This document shows positions 7,230-9,211 of a stretch of DNA of 9,211 bases, one piece after another. This DNA comes from Ascoidea asiatica JCM 7603 (taxonomy: Eukaryota; Fungi; Ascomycota), in the NCBI GenBank assembly GCA_001600695.1, contig BCKQ01000021.1, positions 125,773-134,983 of the forward strand. The letters are read 5' to 3'. The first letter of the stretch is position 1. The number at the start of each line of letters is the position of its first letter. Under the pieces are notes generated by a model that searched no databases, was not told where the DNA came from, and saw only the letters and a program-made list of their open reading frames with translations. The translations under genes and the position numbers were made by a program.

Positions 7230-8555
7230 TTATTTATAAGAATTTCTTGCTCTCATCATTGTAATTTTTTGTAATTTATGTAAATCTTTTAAAGTAAAAG
7301 CAAATAAAAACAGAACTGAGAAACAACTAAAAATAATAATAATTGCATAACCCCAATTTGAAGTTTCAATATAATTTTCAAGATTCATACCATAAACACT
7401 TGCAACATAAATTACAGCACCTAAACCTAATAAACCAATTGAAAATCTTAAACTTAATAACATTAATTGATTTCTATTTGAATCTAAAATAATATTTATA
7501 ATTTCTTCAGTTGTTTTAACATTTGAAATTAAACTTTCAACAATTTGTACAATTTCATCACAATGTTTAAAATATGTTTCTAAAAGCATTTCAACTTCTG
7601 CATGATCATTAATATCTAATCTTGGATTTGTTAAATAAAGACTTGATAAAATATCATCTTGATCTAAAATATCATCAATAACATTTCTAATTAATTTTGC
7701 TTTTTGATAAAAATTTGATAATTTTTTATTTTGAATTAAAAGATATCTTAAATTTTGACTATCTATATGATTTTCTAAATCAGATAATATACCTTTAATT
7801 ATTGTTCTATTAACTTTCATTTCAGATTCAAGATTTGAAATTACTGAGATGAATATAGCTTCTAAAGCTCTAATTTCATAAGGTAAATCTGAATCTTTAG
7901 ATTTTAATCTTATTTGAAGATCATATAAAAATTGATTAGTTGCATGAGAATTTGCAGAATTAAAAGAATCAAAAATTACAACATTATTTGATCTAATTAT
8001 AGCTCTAATATTTAAAAGATTAACTAAGATAAAATTTTGTCTAACTAAGATATATGGTACAATATTTGATTGACTTGTTAATTTATAATCAATTTTTCTA
8101 ATATCTCTTGGTTGTAAATGATATTTTAAAATTAAATCAGATCTTTTTAAATATGCAGAAGATGAAATTAAATTTCCAAATGAATCAAAAGCAGTTGATT
8201 TTATTGAATTATTTTCAGATAATATTGGAGAAGTTATTGCAGATCTATGAGTTAAATTTCTTTCTAATAATTCATTATTAAAATCATCATTTCCATTATT
8301 TATATTACTATTCTTCTCAAATTTTGTAGATTTATTTATTTTAGGAATATTAATATTTGAAAATATTCTACTTTGCTTGAATTTTGAAAAAGAATTGATT
8401 GAAAACAATCTTGAATTAGAATTTGGATATTGTGAATTGAATATTGGATTAAGGTAACCAATTCTTTGAGAAGTTTTAAAAAGGATTTTCACTGAATTTA
8501 AAGAAGCATATTCGGATAAAAGAATTGAAGCTTTGGGAGTTACAAGAAAGACCAT
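7230..8555 (-). CDS. MFM1: Mitochondrial inner-membrane CorA/Mrs2-family Mg2+ transporter, Lpe10/Mfm1-like (441 aa)
   Basis: LQPRDIRKID, LPYEIRALE, EVEMLLETY, LDSNRNQLMLL, then two C-terminal TM helices with the YGMNL signature and a basic presequence. NRNQLMLL and LHKLQK resemble Lpe10/Mfm1 (NRNQLMLL, LHKLQR) more than Mrs2 (NRNSLMLL), from memory of the S. cerevisiae proteins. Confidence 0.85.
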   Translation of the reverse strand: MVFLVTPKASILLSEYASLNSVKILFKTSQRIGYLNPIFNSQYPNSNSRLFSINSFSKFKQSRIFSNINIPKINKSTKFEKNSNINNGNDDFNNELLERNLTHRSAITSPILSENNSIKSTAFDSFGNLISSSAYLKRSDLILKYHLQPRDIRKIDYKLTSQSNIVPYILVRQNFILVNLLNIRAIIRSNNVVIFDSFNSANSHATNQFLYDLQIRLKSKDSDLPYEIRALEAIFISVISNLESEMKVNRTIIKGILSDLENHIDSQNLRYLLIQNKKLSNFYQKAKLIRNVIDDILDQDDILSSLYLTNPRLDINDHAEVEMLLETYFKHCDEIVQIVESLISNVKTTEEIINIILDSNRNQLMLLSLRFSIGLLGLGAVIYVASVYGMNLENYIETSNWGYAIIIIFSCFSVLFLFAFTLKDLHKLQKITMMRARNSYK

Positions 8556-8995
8556 TCTAATATTTCTAGCCAGTCAGAGAATATCATGGTTTTTTTTATC
8601 CCAAATATGATGATAGTCTTTCAAGAAAAAAATATATTTAATTGAAATTTTCACTCAAATCAAATATATTTTGCTTTAAATTTGATTCATTTCGTTTTTG
8701 AAGCTTTAACTAAATTAAAAAATTGATTAGAAACAAGAAAAACCAGACCGGTGGGTCATGTACTATAATACAGATACAGGTTATTATACAGCTGCAAACA
8801 TCGTGTTGCATATATATATAACCTTATTTTTTTTGTTTTGATTTCCCAGAAAAAATTGATGTTAAAAAGAAATGAAAATAAAGATTCTCAGGAAAAAAAG
8901 AATCACATGAATCAAACCACTAAAAGAACTAGACAGATCTTGGATACTAAAGATCATCAATTATGTTACCAAAACATAATTTACTTTGTTGTTAC

Positions 8996-9141
8996 TTTAT
9001 CTAACCTTATCTCACTTTGTCTCATCTTATCTTGCTTTATCTTACCTTATCTTATCTTTCTTACCAAATCAAACATTAAGTTGCTTAATCTTACTTATGC
9101 ATCATCGTTATGCTTTAAAAGCTTTTACTGTTCATCTTATC
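8996..9141 (-). promoter_or_regulatory. Cluster of GATA-factor motifs (GATAAG x5, GATAAA x2) partly within a degenerate (CTTAT)n pentamer repeat
   Basis: CTTATC at 9006, 9026, 9046, 9051 and 9136; TTTATC at 8996 and 9036. Confidence 0.5.
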
Positions 9142-9160
9142 AAAAGTTGCTGTTTAGGTT

Positions 9161-9203
9161 TTCTAGAACTTTCTAGAACATTCTAGAACTTTTTGGAACA
9201 TTT
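9161..9203. promoter_or_regulatory. Perfect multi-unit heat-shock element (Hsf1 site)
   Basis: TTC-ta-GAA-ct-TTC-ta-GAA-ca-TTC-ta-GAA-ct-TTt-tg-GAA-ca-TTt: six perfect alternating nGAAn units (9161-9188) followed by three in-phase units, two of them degenerate. Confidence 0.85.
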
Positions 9204-9211
9204 TAAAAACA

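Noticed and set aside
2-8555. Functional gene cluster (two Pol II factors alternating with two mitochondrial proteins)
   Set aside because: The genes share no pathway or common motif, and the orthologues are unlinked in S. cerevisiae; this is most likely ordinary gene order.
8838-9186. ORFs 8838-9176 and 8986-9186 (+)
   Set aside because: Both start at TTG, show no recognisable domain, and run through the CTTAT repeat and the HSE.
9161-9200. Telomere-like or CRISPR-like tandem array
   Set aside because: The 10-bp palindromic units have no spacers or G-rich strand and are fully explained as an HSE.

Overview
Very AT-rich budding-yeast (Saccharomycotina-type) nuclear DNA with four intronless housekeeping genes: the 3' part of TFA2 (TFIIE small subunit, +), mitochondrial ClpB-type disaggregase HSP78 (-), the CDK9-family kinase BUR1/SGV1 (+) and the mitochondrial CorA/Mrs2-family Mg2+ channel most like MFM1/LPE10 (-). 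Gene calls come from motifs I recall from yeast orthologues, not from a database search. The non-coding DNA is the more interesting part. The 1.3-kb HSP78/BUR1 divergent spacer has a mirror-symmetric GAA/TTC block centred on a CGG-N11-CCG site. After it comes a ~400-nt C-rich non-coding stretch ending in an Sm-like site fused to a 5' splice site (AATTTTG|GTATGT), which resembles fungal telomerase-RNA 3' ends but could be a BUR1 5'-UTR intron. The right edge holds a GATAAG cluster and a perfect six-unit heat-shock element, probably serving a gene beyond the window. No mobile element, tRNA, rRNA or CRISPR array is supported.
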